Source: Entomortierella parvispora E1425 (taxonomy: Eukaryota > Fungi > Mortierellomycota). Taken from it: 64,000 nucleotides of DNA. Positions 23,805 to 34,723 of this stretch are shown here, piece after piece (the stretch's first letter is position 1; the number at the start of each line of letters is the position of its first letter). The stretch covers positions 868,001 to 932,000 of the forward strand of contig BQFW01000007.1 of NCBI GenBank assembly GCA_020891255.1, in the 5' to 3' direction. The notes below the pieces were generated by a model that was given only the letters and a program-made list of their open reading frames with translations, had not been told where the DNA came from and did not search any database. A program made the translations under genes and the position numbers.

Positions 23805-26037
23805 ATGCCAACCCATTCCTTCCCCGTGCTGAATCAGCAGTTCATTGTCGACACAAAGTACCAGTTCATTCGCGAGATTGGTCAAGGCGCCTATGGTGTA
23901 GTCTGGTTCGTGTTCTGCACTCCTTGCAGCCCTTGGGTCACTCGCCGTCTGCACGCTCCCATTTTGAGCCTATTTATCCTAACCGTCTTTTTCGTTCTTC
24001 TTTGATCTCTCTGATCTGCCGTGTCTCCGTGCCTTTTTGCAGTGCAGCCAAGGACACTCAAACAGGCGAGGATGTCGCGATCAAGAAGGTGACAAAGGTC
24101 TTTGACAAGGCCATCCTGGCCAAGCGAGCACTGCGCGAGGTCAAGCTTCTTCGTCACTTCGCAGGCCACCAAAACGTGAGTCGATCCAGAAAACAACATG
24201 TCTTTCGTTGGTCACAGGAATATTCTTTTTTTTTTAATGAACTCGCCTCGTTTACGCCACTGACACCACCCACAACTGTTTTTGGTGTCCGGTCCGTTGA
24301 CCCCTACTAGATTACGTCCATTCTCGATATGGACATCATCAACGTGCTGGACTTCAACGAAATGTAAGAGGGAAGCGTTGGATAGGCGAAAAGTTATGGA
24401 GTTGGGCGTGGGCGTCGATCAAAGTACAGCAGACAACCACCGACACGAAACCAAAAAGTTTTTTTTTCTAACCGCGCCGAACCCCCTTTGTATTTTTGGC
24501 AACATATCCTGGTCCTGGTCAAAAATAGCTACCTGGTTCAAGAACTCATGGAGGCGGATCTTCACCAGATCATCCGGTCTGAGCAACCCTTGACAGATGC
24601 TCATTTCCAGTTCTTTGTTTACCAGATCTGCCGCGGCCTCAAGTATATTCACTCGGCCAATGTTCTCCATCGTGATCTCAAGCCAGGCAACTTGCTCGTC
24701 AACGCGGATTGTGAACTCAAGATTTGTGATTTCGGATTGGCGCGTGGATTCAGCGACGATGCAGAGTCGAATGTAGGCTTCATGACCGAATATGTGGCTA
24801 CCCGATGGTACCGTGCTCCAGAGATCATGTTGAGTTTCCAGAGTTACACCAAAGCCAGTAAGTTATTTTTGGGTCCCAAGGTCCATACACCACACCTCCA
24901 AACGGCAACAACACTTTTTTTTTTTTTTTTTTTACACATTCGAGAGCGGAGGGGAGCCAAGAATAGCGCATGGACAAACAGGGGGGCGTGGCGCAAGGCA
25001 GGGAAACGGCGCCGCTTTCAACTCCAAACGCGTTTTGGTTTCTGTTTTAGGCGTAGCACGGAAATGAACCTTCCGAATCTAACTCTTTGCTTTTACCCGT
25101 GTGCATTTTCATTTTTAGTTGACATGTGGTCGGTCGGATGTATCTTTGCCGAGATGTTGGGCGGCAAGCCCTTGTTCAAGGGACGGGACTATGTCGATCA
25201 ACTGAACCAAATCCTTCAGATCTTGGGCACGCCCGATGAAGCAACATTGAGACGAGTTGGAAGTGAGCGCGCCCAGGCCTATATCCGGAGTCTTCCCAGG
25301 ATGCCAAAGATCCATTTCTCTCAGTTGTACCCGAACGCCTCCCCATTGGCAATCGATCTTTTGGAGAAGCTGTTGAACTTTGATCCCGCAGCCCGTATCA
25401 CCGTCGAACAGGCTTTGGCCCACCCCTATTTGCATGCCTACCACGAGGAGGATGATGAGCCAGCTCACGAACAGACTTTTGACTTTGCGTTTGAGGTCGA
25501 GGATCGGATTGAAGATATGAAGAGTAAGTTCATTCCAAGAGTTTGTTTTTAATTTTGACTATTGTTTTGAGGAGGCTTTATTCTATTTCTCCTTTTGCAT
25601 CATGAAGCTGACATTCGTTTACCCGCTTCTTTCTCTCAGGACTCATTGCTCAGGAGGTCATGTCTTTCAAGGCCGGCAAGGACCAGACTGCTGCTGAGGT
25701 CGCCGCTGCCTCTGCCGCCGCCGCTGCGGCGCAAGCTGCTGCCGAAGCAGCCCATGCAGCCTCCATGTTGTCGCCACCTCATTCTAACGGAGGAGGAGGA
25801 TTGCGTCGTGCGGCGTCATTATCAGCTGCAGACAGGAATGCCACTACCTCGGCGGCGCGCAGGACACCCCATCAGCCCACCAGTCAGCAGATTCAGGAGG
25901 AGGAAATGGAACATCAGTCTTCATCTCTCAAGCAGCCATACCAACAACAGCAGCAGGCTGCAGCACCCTCCAGTAGCGCCATGGAAATTGACCATGATCT
26001 AGAGCGCGAGTTGAGCGGACATGGAATGGCAGCATAG
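23805..26037 (+). CDS. SLT2: Cell-wall-integrity MAP kinase (Slt2/Mpk1/Pmk1 type)
   Basis: Six exons (about 23805-23904, 24042-24175, 24311-24362, 24529-24857, 25119-25522, 25641-26037). [42 protein letters not shown], the [26 protein letters not shown] activation loop and an Ala/Gln-rich C-tail. Confidence 0.93.
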
Positions 26038-26262
26038 ACATAAACTTTGACTAACTGACAGTCAGCGGCTGCCCTTTTTTTTGTCTCTTCCTCTCTTTCG
26101 TTGATGCCACCTTGTAGAATAAATAAAATAACCAAAAAAATATATAGTTCAGATGTTTTGATACTATGTTGACCATTGGCAATTGCATCAGCATGCAACG
26201 CAATTAGGTAAAGTCGAACGACTAAAGAAAACAAAATTGGTGGGTATTTGACTGATCAACGT

Positions 26263-29200
26263 TCACAGACAAACTGGCTGATCCTCGGTCCTTACGTCCA
26301 CAGCACCGCGTTGTTTCATGAGACGCTCATTTGTGGCACTCAGGCCGAGCGCACCTTCGATAGAGGCTCCGGTCAGAACGAGTCGCTCGTGGTTCGATCC
26401 CCAGACCAGGCCTACTCGGCACTGACTTTCCTCCTGGATGAGCTGCCACAGACGAACAGACTTGTCGTCGCTTCCTGTGAAAAGATAGCTGCCTTCAGGG
26501 GTTATTTTCCAGATAACGGTTCGGACTTGTCCTTGGAAATCCGAGATGACCGCCAGACATTCACCCGATGCCACATCCCACACTCGGACTGTCTTGTCCC
26601 CACTGGCCGATGCCAGCATCTGGCCGTTGGGTGAGTACTGAATGTAACCAATGTCCTTGGTGTGCCCACGAAGAATATGGCCAGCTTCTCCTGTTTGTGC
26701 ATCCCATAGTCGCACCGTCTTGTCTCCGCTGGCCGAGGCAATCTGCTGGCCATTGGGTGAGAACAGAACGGTCATAACATCCGAGCCATGGCCTGTCAAC
26801 ACAGGACCAGGTTCGCCCGTCTGTGCATCCCATAGCCTGAGGGTCTTGTCGTCACTGGCCGAGATGAGCTTCCGACTGTCCGGAGAAAACGCCACCTTCC
26901 AGATGAACGAAGTATGGCCGCGTAAAACGTGTCGAGGTTCACCCGTCTGGGCATCCCAAAGTCGCACGGTCAGGTCAAAACTTCCCGAAGCAAGATGCTT
27001 TCCATTGGGCGAGTAGGCAACCGTCATGACGTGCTCCGTGTGTTCCTTCAAGATGGGGCCAGGCTGACCGGTTTCTGCATCCCACAGTCGAACCGTCTTG
27101 TCTTCACTCGCAGAAGCAATCTGATGACCATCCGGTGAGTATGCCAAACTCCAAACGAGATTGGTGTGGCCCTCAAGCATATGGCGCGCCTCGCCCGTTT
27201 GCGCATCCCACACACGAACAGTCAAGTCCGCACCCGCTGATACGATCTGCTGGCTGTCGGGGGAATACAACACATCCAGAACATCGGCTGTATGCCCACG
27301 AAGGGTGGGGCCCGAAGAGCCGGTTTCCGCGTCCCAGAGACGTACCGTCGTGTCCACACTACTGGAAGCGAGCCACTGGCGATCAGAGGACAGCGCGAGT
27401 CTCCAAACAGCGCCTGAATGACTGCCAAAGGCTGATGCAGATAAATCGGCATGGGTATCCCACAAGCGAACGGTCATGTCTGCGCTGCCAGACGCGATCA
27501 AGGCTCCATCTGGCGAGTAGACAACACTTTCGGCAGTACTGTCATGACCGATTAGAACAGGACCAGCGGTACCCGTCTGCGCATCCCACAGTCGGACCAT
27601 CTTGTCTCCACTACCTGAGGCAATAGTCTTGCCATCGGGTGAATAGGTGACGCTTGTAACCGAGGCAGTGTGCCCTTTGAAGACGGGACCTGGCTCGCCT
27701 GTCTGCGCATCCCATAGGCGAATACTCTTGTCGCGACTACCGGAAGCAATGTGCTTGCCATTGGGCGAGCAGGCCAAGCCAAGGACATCATCAGTATGTC
27801 CACTGAGGACAAGACCGGCTTCTCCTGTTTGTGTGTCCCACAGGCGCACCGTGTTGTCCCAGCTGCCGGAAATAATCTGATGTCCGCTGATCGAATACAC
27901 AAGGCTCGAAACGATGGCAGTGTGTCCGTTCAGGACATGGCCAGGCGCTCCTGTCTGCGCATCCCAGAGGCGTACAGTAAAATCGCGACTGGCAGATGCG
28001 ACCTGCTGGCCATCAGGAGAGTACGCCACGCAAGTGACCTCGTCGGTATGGTCACTCAAGACGGGACCAGCTTCTCCTGTCTCTGCATCCCACAGTCGAA
28101 CCGTCTTGTCTCCGCTTCCTGTCACGATTTGATGGCCGGTGGGTGAGTATGCAACAGAATAGACCTGTCGCCCATGGCCGCTAAGAGTAAGCACCTCTGT
28201 CCAAGTCGATGGATCATACACAGCCACAGTGCTGTTGCTGAGAGCAATTGCAAAACGAGAGCCATCGGGCGAGAATGTGCACCCTCTCACATAGCTGTCA
28301 TGCTTCAGAGAGGGCCATTCTCCAAACTGAACCCCGTCCATTTGGGCGTTGCTCAAATTGGCACGAGACATCCAGATGTTACGAAGAGTCGCGTTCCTCA
28401 AATCCGCCCCTTGAAGTTGTACCGAATCGAATTGACCATAGCTCAGATCTGCACCCGGAATTTGAATGCCCTTGAGATCCACTCCATTAAATCGAGTTCC
28501 GGCCCGGACCAAAATCGTGATGGCATTGGCGGCAGCCTGGCTGAGTTGATGGTCTTTCTTTGAAAGAAGAATGATTTTTTGAAGCTGATCTCTGAACGTG
28601 GCACTCTTTTGAACGCGCTCTGCAAGAAAGCCAATGACAGAGGGCTCCAGGACGAGGTTCTGTCGACCAAAAGGATGATCAGCCAAAGCCGAAGGGCTGG
28701 AGGCTATGGCACTTGTAAGGCCGAGATAAGGAGGTCTTTCCTCGTCATAGTCCGATTCGTTCGACGCCAGTCCGGGCGTGTACATCAGGCAGGAGAAGAA
28801 GTACTCCATGATGGACCGATGATGGAATTGATGAATATTCTTGTTGACCACCAAGGGACTTGCCTCTCGAAGGAGTCGGACTCTGGGCTTGTGACCAAAG
28901 AAGTTGTCCTTCCAACTTTCATTGCCATCTTCATCTGGCGTATACTCAACAGCGTTGCGTCCGTTGTGCTCCTTGAAGATGAAATCCGCCAACGTTCTTG
29001 AAAACTTGACTCCAATCTCAACAAAGTTGTCCTCAACTGAATCAAAGGCATCTTGCTTTGCCTGGCTCATCTTGGTCCTTTGTTCATGAAGACGGTGAAG
29101 CTCGAGACTGTAAAGGTGTGCAATGTACTCGTCGTATAGCTGGACCCGGGTAATCGCAGACAGGTCCTGGCCATCCCCAGAGATCGACGGCAAAGTGTCC

Positions 29201-31620
29201 AACATGAGCTTGAGCAAGAATGGATTCTTGACCAACTCCATCAATTGTGGAACAGATTCCAGTTGCTGCAGATATTGCTCGGTGGTCCAGGCTTGTCGGT
29301 CTTCGTAACCCTCTGCAGCGGGCGCCTTTGTGTACAGGTCAATGTACTCCCTGATCTGCTCCTTCTTGAATGGCACAATCACAGCCTCTTCGAAAAGACT
29401 GCGGGCCTTGGAACGATTGTACCTGTCGGCTGCACGCGGCTCAAAGTAGGTCTTGTAGTTTGGCTTAAGATACTGGCTTCGGCAAGTAATAACCATCTTG
29501 ACCTCTGTCCAATAACCCTTCTTGTTCATATGGTTGTCTGTATGCAGGTTTTTCCAATCATTGCATTCATCATACCCATCGCAGATCAATATCAAGCGTC
29601 CGTGGTTCACCTTGAGCTCCTGAATGTGCTCATCTGAAAAGGCGAGGTGGTGCAGTTGTTGTTGAACCAAATCCTTGCCCGGATTCGGAATGGTCTTGAG
29701 ATCAACAAAGAGTGGGATCGGCCCTCCAGGTTTGTAGTTGTTCCAAAGATCATACTCCAGTTTCTTGTTGAACAATGACTTTCCAGACCCAGAGTCTCCG
29801 AGAATCAGCATGACCTCTGATTTGCCTTGGAGAAAGCCATTGACGCGTTCTTGAAGCGGAGTAATATCCTTGTCCTCGGGAGCTTGAAGACTGGGCTTTG
29901 ACAAGGGAGGAATATACACTCCTTGTTGGTTGAATTCATTCCAACGCTGGCGTCGAAGGCGATCCAAAACAAGCTCCAAGTCTGGGTGATCGTTGACGTC
30001 CTTCAGAATCAAATACGCCTTGGGTAAAGGTGCCTGGTTGCTCAAAGGGTAGAGCAATGGGAATGCAGGGTTCTGGTCTGATTCGATCTTTCGGATCACA
30101 TCGCGTGCTAGCGCCTTGACGTGCTCGTCTTCACTGGAAGACAAAGTGCTCGAGTAGTTTGCGACTCTGTTAAGGATCGTCAGCACCCATTTTTGAACAT
30201 CTCGATGGGTCCTCGAACCCTCCATGGACTGGTAGATTTGTTGGAGGAACTGAATCGCTTGATCACGAGGACGTCTTTCCCAGGTAGGATCAATCGCGAT
30301 TCCTCCTAGGAGCTGACAGACACCCCAGAGGAACAAGGGATCTTCACGGCATGGCGCGGTGGAGACGAGCTGGTTGAACTCGGCCAACTGTCCGTTACGG
30401 ACCAGTCTCTCTGCCCCTCGAAGTGTGATGTACCAAGGACGAGAGCGGCTCAATCCAAGACCGTTCTTCACGCTGTCAAAAAGTCCTTTTCCATCTTCGA
30501 TCAGATTCTTGGCGTCTTCCCAGCCCGATGACACAAAGTCATAAATGTCCGAGACTTCTTGCTGGATCTCCTGGAGCCCTCCGAGGAAACCTTGAAAGTC
30601 CATCTGCATCACGCCAGAGATCTTCACGACTCCGCTGACCACACCAGCAAAGTGTCGAAGGCCACAATGAAGCTTGGTCTCGTCATTGGGAACCCATTGC
30701 AAGGCCTGAAAAGCGTACAAGGCCTGGAACTTCAAGAAAGGATCCTCTTTATGTCTAAGGCCCGACAGGAGCTTGAGCAAGGGTTCGTGTTCCTGCACGC
30801 GGTCGAGGCCCTCCACTTTGTCATCGACCATGGCATTGAGCACAATCGAGACTGTCAAAGTCAAGTAGAACAGGTACTCGTCCAGTTTGTGATCTTGCTG
30901 GCGCGTTCGAATGATTCGAAGGATCTGAGTAAGGTCGTCCGCTTTGAGGTAGCCGATGGATGCACTTTGGATCAGCTGGGCCATGCCACGGACCAACTCA
31001 ACCCTGAGGAGAGTATCGCGCTGGAACTCGGACAAAAAGCAATTGAGGAGCGATCGGTACTGCTCCTTCTCAAGCACGGGCCCAAGAAGAACAATCTCGT
31101 GAATGGCCCCCGAGTCCTTGGAGGGATGTTGGATGAACTTGTCGATCATTCTCTTTGTCAACTGGTCGAGATAATCCTTTTCGAGCGGATGATTTTTCAT
31201 CTCTTGGGTCCACTCAAGTTGAGCAACACTGAGGGAGGGAGGAGACGACGCTGCCTCGGCAGCTGCTGCTTTGGCGAGAATATCACGAGAATACGCAAGC
31301 TGAGTAGTATCGACGATGCGACCGCCAATCTCGGCCAACGAAGAATCGAACTCGGACCTGAGGATATTCTCGGGAAAGACACCAAGGGGAATAGCAGGGA
31401 TGTTGACAACTTGAGGAGTCTTGGATGTCGCCTTGCCCTTTGTCGAAGCAATAGTCGACACTGCAGAGCTGGAGGCAGAGGTGGCAGTCTTGCTGGCTGC
31501 CGTTTGAACCTTGTCCTCCTTGGCAGACTTGGACGACTTCTTGAAGAACGAAAATGGCGACTTTTTCTTGGTTTGAGACGAATCGCCGCTGGGGGATGTA
31601 GGCGAGGTAGGTTTTGTCAT
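26263..31620 (-). CDS. NLR-like STAND protein: helical ARM-like N-terminus + NACHT + pentapeptide repeats + ~15 WD40 repeats
   Basis: Single exon; first ATG at 31620 (the ORF track starts at an upstream TTG). Walker A GDSGSGKS, Walker B LILICDGYDE, sensor VITCRSQY, pentapeptide block GADLSYGQFDSVQLQGADLRNATL, and 42-aa GH...WD repeats. Confidence 0.93.
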   Translation of the reverse strand: MTKPTSPTSPSGDSSQTKKKSPFSFFKKSSKSAKEDKVQTAASKTATSASSSAVSTIASTKGKATSKTPQVVNIPAIPLGVFPENILRSEFDSSLAEIGGRIVDTTQLAYSRDILAKAAAAEAASSPPSLSVAQLEWTQEMKNHPLEKDYLDQLTKRMIDKFIQHPSKDSGAIHEIVLLGPVLEKEQYRSLLNCFLSEFQRDTLLRVELVRGMAQLIQSASIGYLKADDLTQILRIIRTRQQDHKLDEYLFYLTLTVSIVLNAMVDDKVEGLDRVQEHEPLLKLLSGLRHKEDPFLKFQALYAFQALQWVPNDETKLHCGLRHFAGVVSGVVKISGVMQMDFQGFLGGLQEIQQEVSDIYDFVSSGWEDAKNLIEDGKGLFDSVKNGLGLSRSRPWYITLRGAERLVRNGQLAEFNQLVSTAPCREDPLFLWGVCQLLGGIAIDPTWERRPRDQAIQFLQQIYQSMEGSRTHRDVQKWVLTILNRVANYSSTLSSSEDEHVKALARDVIRKIESDQNPAFPLLYPLSNQAPLPKAYLILKDVNDHPDLELVLDRLRRQRWNEFNQQGVYIPPLSKPSLQAPEDKDITPLQERVNGFLQGKSEVMLILGDSGSGKSLFNKKLEYDLWNNYKPGGPIPLFVDLKTIPNPGKDLVQQQLHHLAFSDEHIQELKVNHGRLILICDGYDECNDWKNLHTDNHMNKKGYWTEVKMVITCRSQYLKPNYKTYFEPRAADRYNRSKARSLFEEAVIVPFKKEQIREYIDLYTKAPAAEGYEDRQAWTTEQYLQQLESVPQLMELVKNPFLLKLMLDTLPSISGDGQDLSAITRVQLYDEYIAHLYSLELHRLHEQRTKMSQAKQDAFDSVEDNFVEIGVKFSRTLADFIFKEHNGRNAVEYTPDEDGNESWKDNFFGHKPRVRLLREASPLVVNKNIHQFHHRSIMEYFFSCLMYTPGLASNESDYDEERPPYLGLTSAIASSPSALADHPFGRQNLVLEPSVIGFLAERVQKSATFRDQLQKIILLSKKDHQLSQAAANAITILVRAGTRFNGVDLKGIQIPGADLSYGQFDSVQLQGADLRNATLRNIWMSRANLSNAQMDGVQFGEWPSLKHDSYVRGCTFSPDGSRFAIALSNSTVAVYDPSTWTEVLTLSGHGRQVYSVAYSPTGHQIVTGSGDKTVRLWDAETGEAGPVLSDHTDEVTCVAYSPDGQQVASASRDFTVRLWDAQTGAPGHVLNGHTAIVSSLVYSISGHQIISGSWDNTVRLWDTQTGEAGLVLSGHTDDVLGLACSPNGKHIASGSRDKSIRLWDAQTGEPGPVFKGHTASVTSVTYSPDGKTIASGSGDKMVRLWDAQTGTAGPVLIGHDSTAESVVYSPDGALIASGSADMTVRLWDTHADLSASAFGSHSGAVWRLALSSDRQWLASSSVDTTVRLWDAETGSSGPTLRGHTADVLDVLYSPDSQQIVSAGADLTVRVWDAQTGEARHMLEGHTNLVWSLAYSPDGHQIASASEDKTVRLWDAETGQPGPILKEHTEHVMTVAYSPNGKHLASGSFDLTVRLWDAQTGEPRHVLRGHTSFIWKVAFSPDSRKLISASDDKTLRLWDAQTGEPGPVLTGHGSDVMTVLFSPNGQQIASASGDKTVRLWDAQTGEAGHILRGHTKDIGYIQYSPNGQMLASASGDKTVRVWDVASGECLAVISDFQGQVRTVIWKITPEGSYLFTGSDDKSVRLWQLIQEESQCRVGLVWGSNHERLVLTGASIEGALGLSATNERLMKQRGAVDVRTEDQPVCL
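26450..28300 (-). repeat. Tandem ~126-nt WD40-coding repeats
   Basis: About 15 consecutive 42-aa units with consensus GxxGxVLxGHTxxVxxVAYSPDGxxIASxSxDxTVRLWDAQT. Boundaries are approximate. Confidence 0.9.
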
Positions 31621-33116
31621 GGCGATGTTCCTAAATGAAGACAAGGATCAATACAATGGTCGAAAATGGAGGTGCACGGACTCGAAAAGTCAAAAAAAAA
31701 AAAAAAAAACGCGTTTCCACACCTTTTCCACAAAAATTGGCTGAGTTATGGAGTGCGGGAACAATGGGGATCCAAAAGAGAGTAATAAAGAACTTGATCT
31801 GAAGTGGGAAGTGAGTCCATCTGCACTTCCATTTTCAAACTGCCGAAAGTTGTGAACGAACAAGAAAAAAAAAAGACAACTGTACCTTGAAAAAGAGTTC
31901 AGGAGAAATCCTTGAGATGGCCGAGAAATCCTGCTGGTGTTTTTAGTAGACGCCTATAATCATGAATGTTGAGTAAGCGGGAATGGCAAAGTCTTTGAAA
32001 GAGGAGCAATTGAACACAAGGCAGGCAGAACTCCAAATGTATACCTTTCTTTGGAGACGTTATTTTCTTGTGCAACGGTAATGTGGTTCTCGACTGAGGG
32101 GACTCGACGGAGCTAAAGATGGAGGCAGAATTATTAGGGATACGCCAGCGGATACCTTCCTGGAGAATATATAATGGAACATACCTTTGAAGGATGACTT
32201 TGAGGAGTTAGCAAAGTGAGGCCCTACAGAGTGACAGAGGCCATTAGTATGATAAAACCTTTGACGGTCGAGCGAATGAGGCTCGGACCAAAGGTCATCC
32301 GACATCCTTCAAGTCTCAATTGCTCTTCTACAACAAGGAAACTTACTGATTTCTAGGAACGAGTTGTCTTCACGGCCTGTAGGATAGTAGAGGGAGGTTT
32401 TAGAGTCGGCACTGCACGCTCTGTCAGAAACTCATGAGCTCATGATGGCCAATATACTTACGCTCCGTAACGTTCAATGATGAATTTGAACAAAACTTTC
32501 TGGAGGGCTTGAGCAGGGAACTGTGCTTTTTTTTTTGGAGATTTATTTTTTGATGGTTGGGTAAACGAGATGAAATGAAGATGGAATGGAAATGGGGAAG
32601 TGGTGAATGTGAATTGAGTGGAAGGATGGGAGGAAAGAGGAGAGAGAGAGAAGAGACGAAGTTGAAAAGAAGGACGAGTGAATATCTCTCCATCCGTCCC
32701 GTGCCCCGCGGAAGATTCTCCAAAGCAATTTTATTGTGCAGTGTTCGCTGTGCTGTGTAACGGGCGGGAAGACAGGCAGGGGAACCTTCATGGACGTGTG
32801 AAAATGGTGGTTATGGCGGCTATTATGCCCACCGACATATCAATGTACTTCCTGTTCTCCAAGCATATCGGCGATTTCTCATTGCTCTCGTCCTCTGGCT
32901 TCTGTACACCTTCGTTAGGATTCCTTGATGTTTTAACTAATAATGGTTCAAAAATAAGAAAAAAAAGGCGACGCGAAGGGCGAGTCGCGTTTTTTGCCCC
33001 TGTTCATCCACGCATCCACCCATCCCATACAATGGCAGTTCGTTAAGAGTAATAATTTATTCTTCACGAATTGTTACTAGAAAGAACATTTTCACTAGGC
33101 TAAAGTTTTGTCTTGT

Positions 33117-34068
33117 TTAAGCAGAGAGCTTCTCGACCAAAGCAATGTACTGCTTCTCGGCATCGGCCTGGGAGAGACCCTTCTTGGCGCTAAAAAAATA
33201 TAATAAGGGTTGGTGGTTAAAGGGGTGGTCGAGGTAAAAAAAAAAAAAGTCGTATGCCATGCTCGATTACTGCCTCGTGCCATAGCTTAAAGACATATCA
33301 CTCTTGCAAAACAGGTATCCATGAAGGTCCATTAATCAATGCTTACCTGTAGGCGTCCCACTTGGCGCGTCCCTTGGGGTCGAACATGCCCTTTGATAAA
33401 TGGATCATATATGGTGTAAAAGGTTAGTCATGGGTCCTATCTGGCACAGTTTTTAGCCTTCAAGTTGATTCCTGATTTCTTACGGGGCGGGCTACAGAAA
33501 AAAAAGAGTAATCAGGATGACAATGTCAGTATAGCGCGCAGGGTATCATTAGACGTGTCAGCGGAGAGTTCGTAGTTGTATCATACCGTTCTTGACGACG
33601 TCAAGCTCTCCCTCGGTGGCGGTCTTGTAAAGAGCGTAGAGTTCGAGGAGGGTATCGTTATCGGGGGACTTGGCAAGGGTCTTGACCTTGGCGGCGGCAG
33701 CGGTGAATTCGGCGGAGACCTAAAAGAAGTACGAGGTTAGCACGCAAGTAATGATGTTATTATACAAAAGTAGGTCGCTTCCAAATTCAAACGATCGAAT
33801 ATTTCATGTCCTCTGCTGTTCATATCCTCGAGGAGAGTAATCGGATCAATTGTGTGCTTCATTTGTTCGGGATAACTCGCTCAAAGCGTCTCCTTTCTGT
33901 CTCAGATGTGGGTCGTGGTCGACACAAATGAGGATTACTCAGCTTTTCCGTCCATGATCGATGAGGATGGTCGTGACGAATGACAGGCAACGGGTCCACG
34001 CGTAAACAAGAGAAGGTGCAGCGAAGATGGGCTTCCAAACGACAGAGATTAGGTTTTGTGCTTACCAT
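33117..34068 (-). CDS. ACB1: Acyl-CoA-binding protein (86 aa)
   Basis: Exons 34068-34066 (ATG only), 33719-33587, 33491-33484, 33390-33347, 33189-33117 sum to 261 nt. Product MVSAEFTAAAAKVKTLAKSPDNDTLLELYALYKTATEG...ARPGMFDPKGRAKWDAY...KGLSQADAEKQYIALVEKL. Confidence 0.92.
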
Positions 34069-34723
34069 GTTGAAAGTAGTGGTGTAGGAGAGAAAGAATG
34101 GGGATGATGAAGAAGAAGAGAGAAGGCGACGGAAGGTCCCTTTTATACGTCTCTCACGCGCTGGTCAAATAAAGAGTTCCCCTGCCCCTGTCACTGTCAG
34201 TGATCACATTGGATCACACGTGATTTCAAGCTGCGCGCCCAAACTCAATTCCGGGACCCCACCTTCTCTTATTCTGGCTGACAAAACGTCGAGTTACCCT
34301 GCACCATGGATGGCCCCACTTTCCTGTTCTTTCTATCCTTGAGGGTTGTTGGGGATGCGCATAGCATGCCTTACATGCGCCAAGCCAAACTGGTCATAAG
34401 AGATCGCATTTACTAAAAGGTACAATTATTCCTGGCCTGTCTATCTATTGCGTTGTGGGCATGAAAACGCGAACTCATTATCATCGAAAAAAAAAGAATG
34501 TCGTAAAGGGTGCTGCTCGAGGAGGAGAACCGCGCCTCCCTCCTTTTGCAGATGCATGTTTGTTGTATTTGAACGGATCGATCCTGGCCCCTCTGTCCAA
34601 CTCTCTCCTCTGTTTCTTGCCATGTTGGTATCATTTTTTGGGGGAAAAAAAGTACGTTGTCTAGTACTTTTGTGCATTGTCCACTAATTCATGGTCTTGG
34701 TGAGCCATTGTGCCTGTCCCGCT

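Noticed and set aside
24858-25118. 261-nt stop-free 3n intron in the MAPK that makes the ORF track read through
   Set aside because: Canonical splice sites restore YTKA|IDMW. An 87-aa insert there would break the kinase, and the frame depends on a long, error-prone poly(T) run.
26037-26263. Functional link between the convergent MAPK and NLR genes
   Set aside because: Adjacency only. Similar 180-250 nt gaps separate other unrelated gene pairs in this window.
30559-31638. 359-aa plus-strand ORF
   Set aside because: Antisense to the NACHT gene; no recognisable motif.
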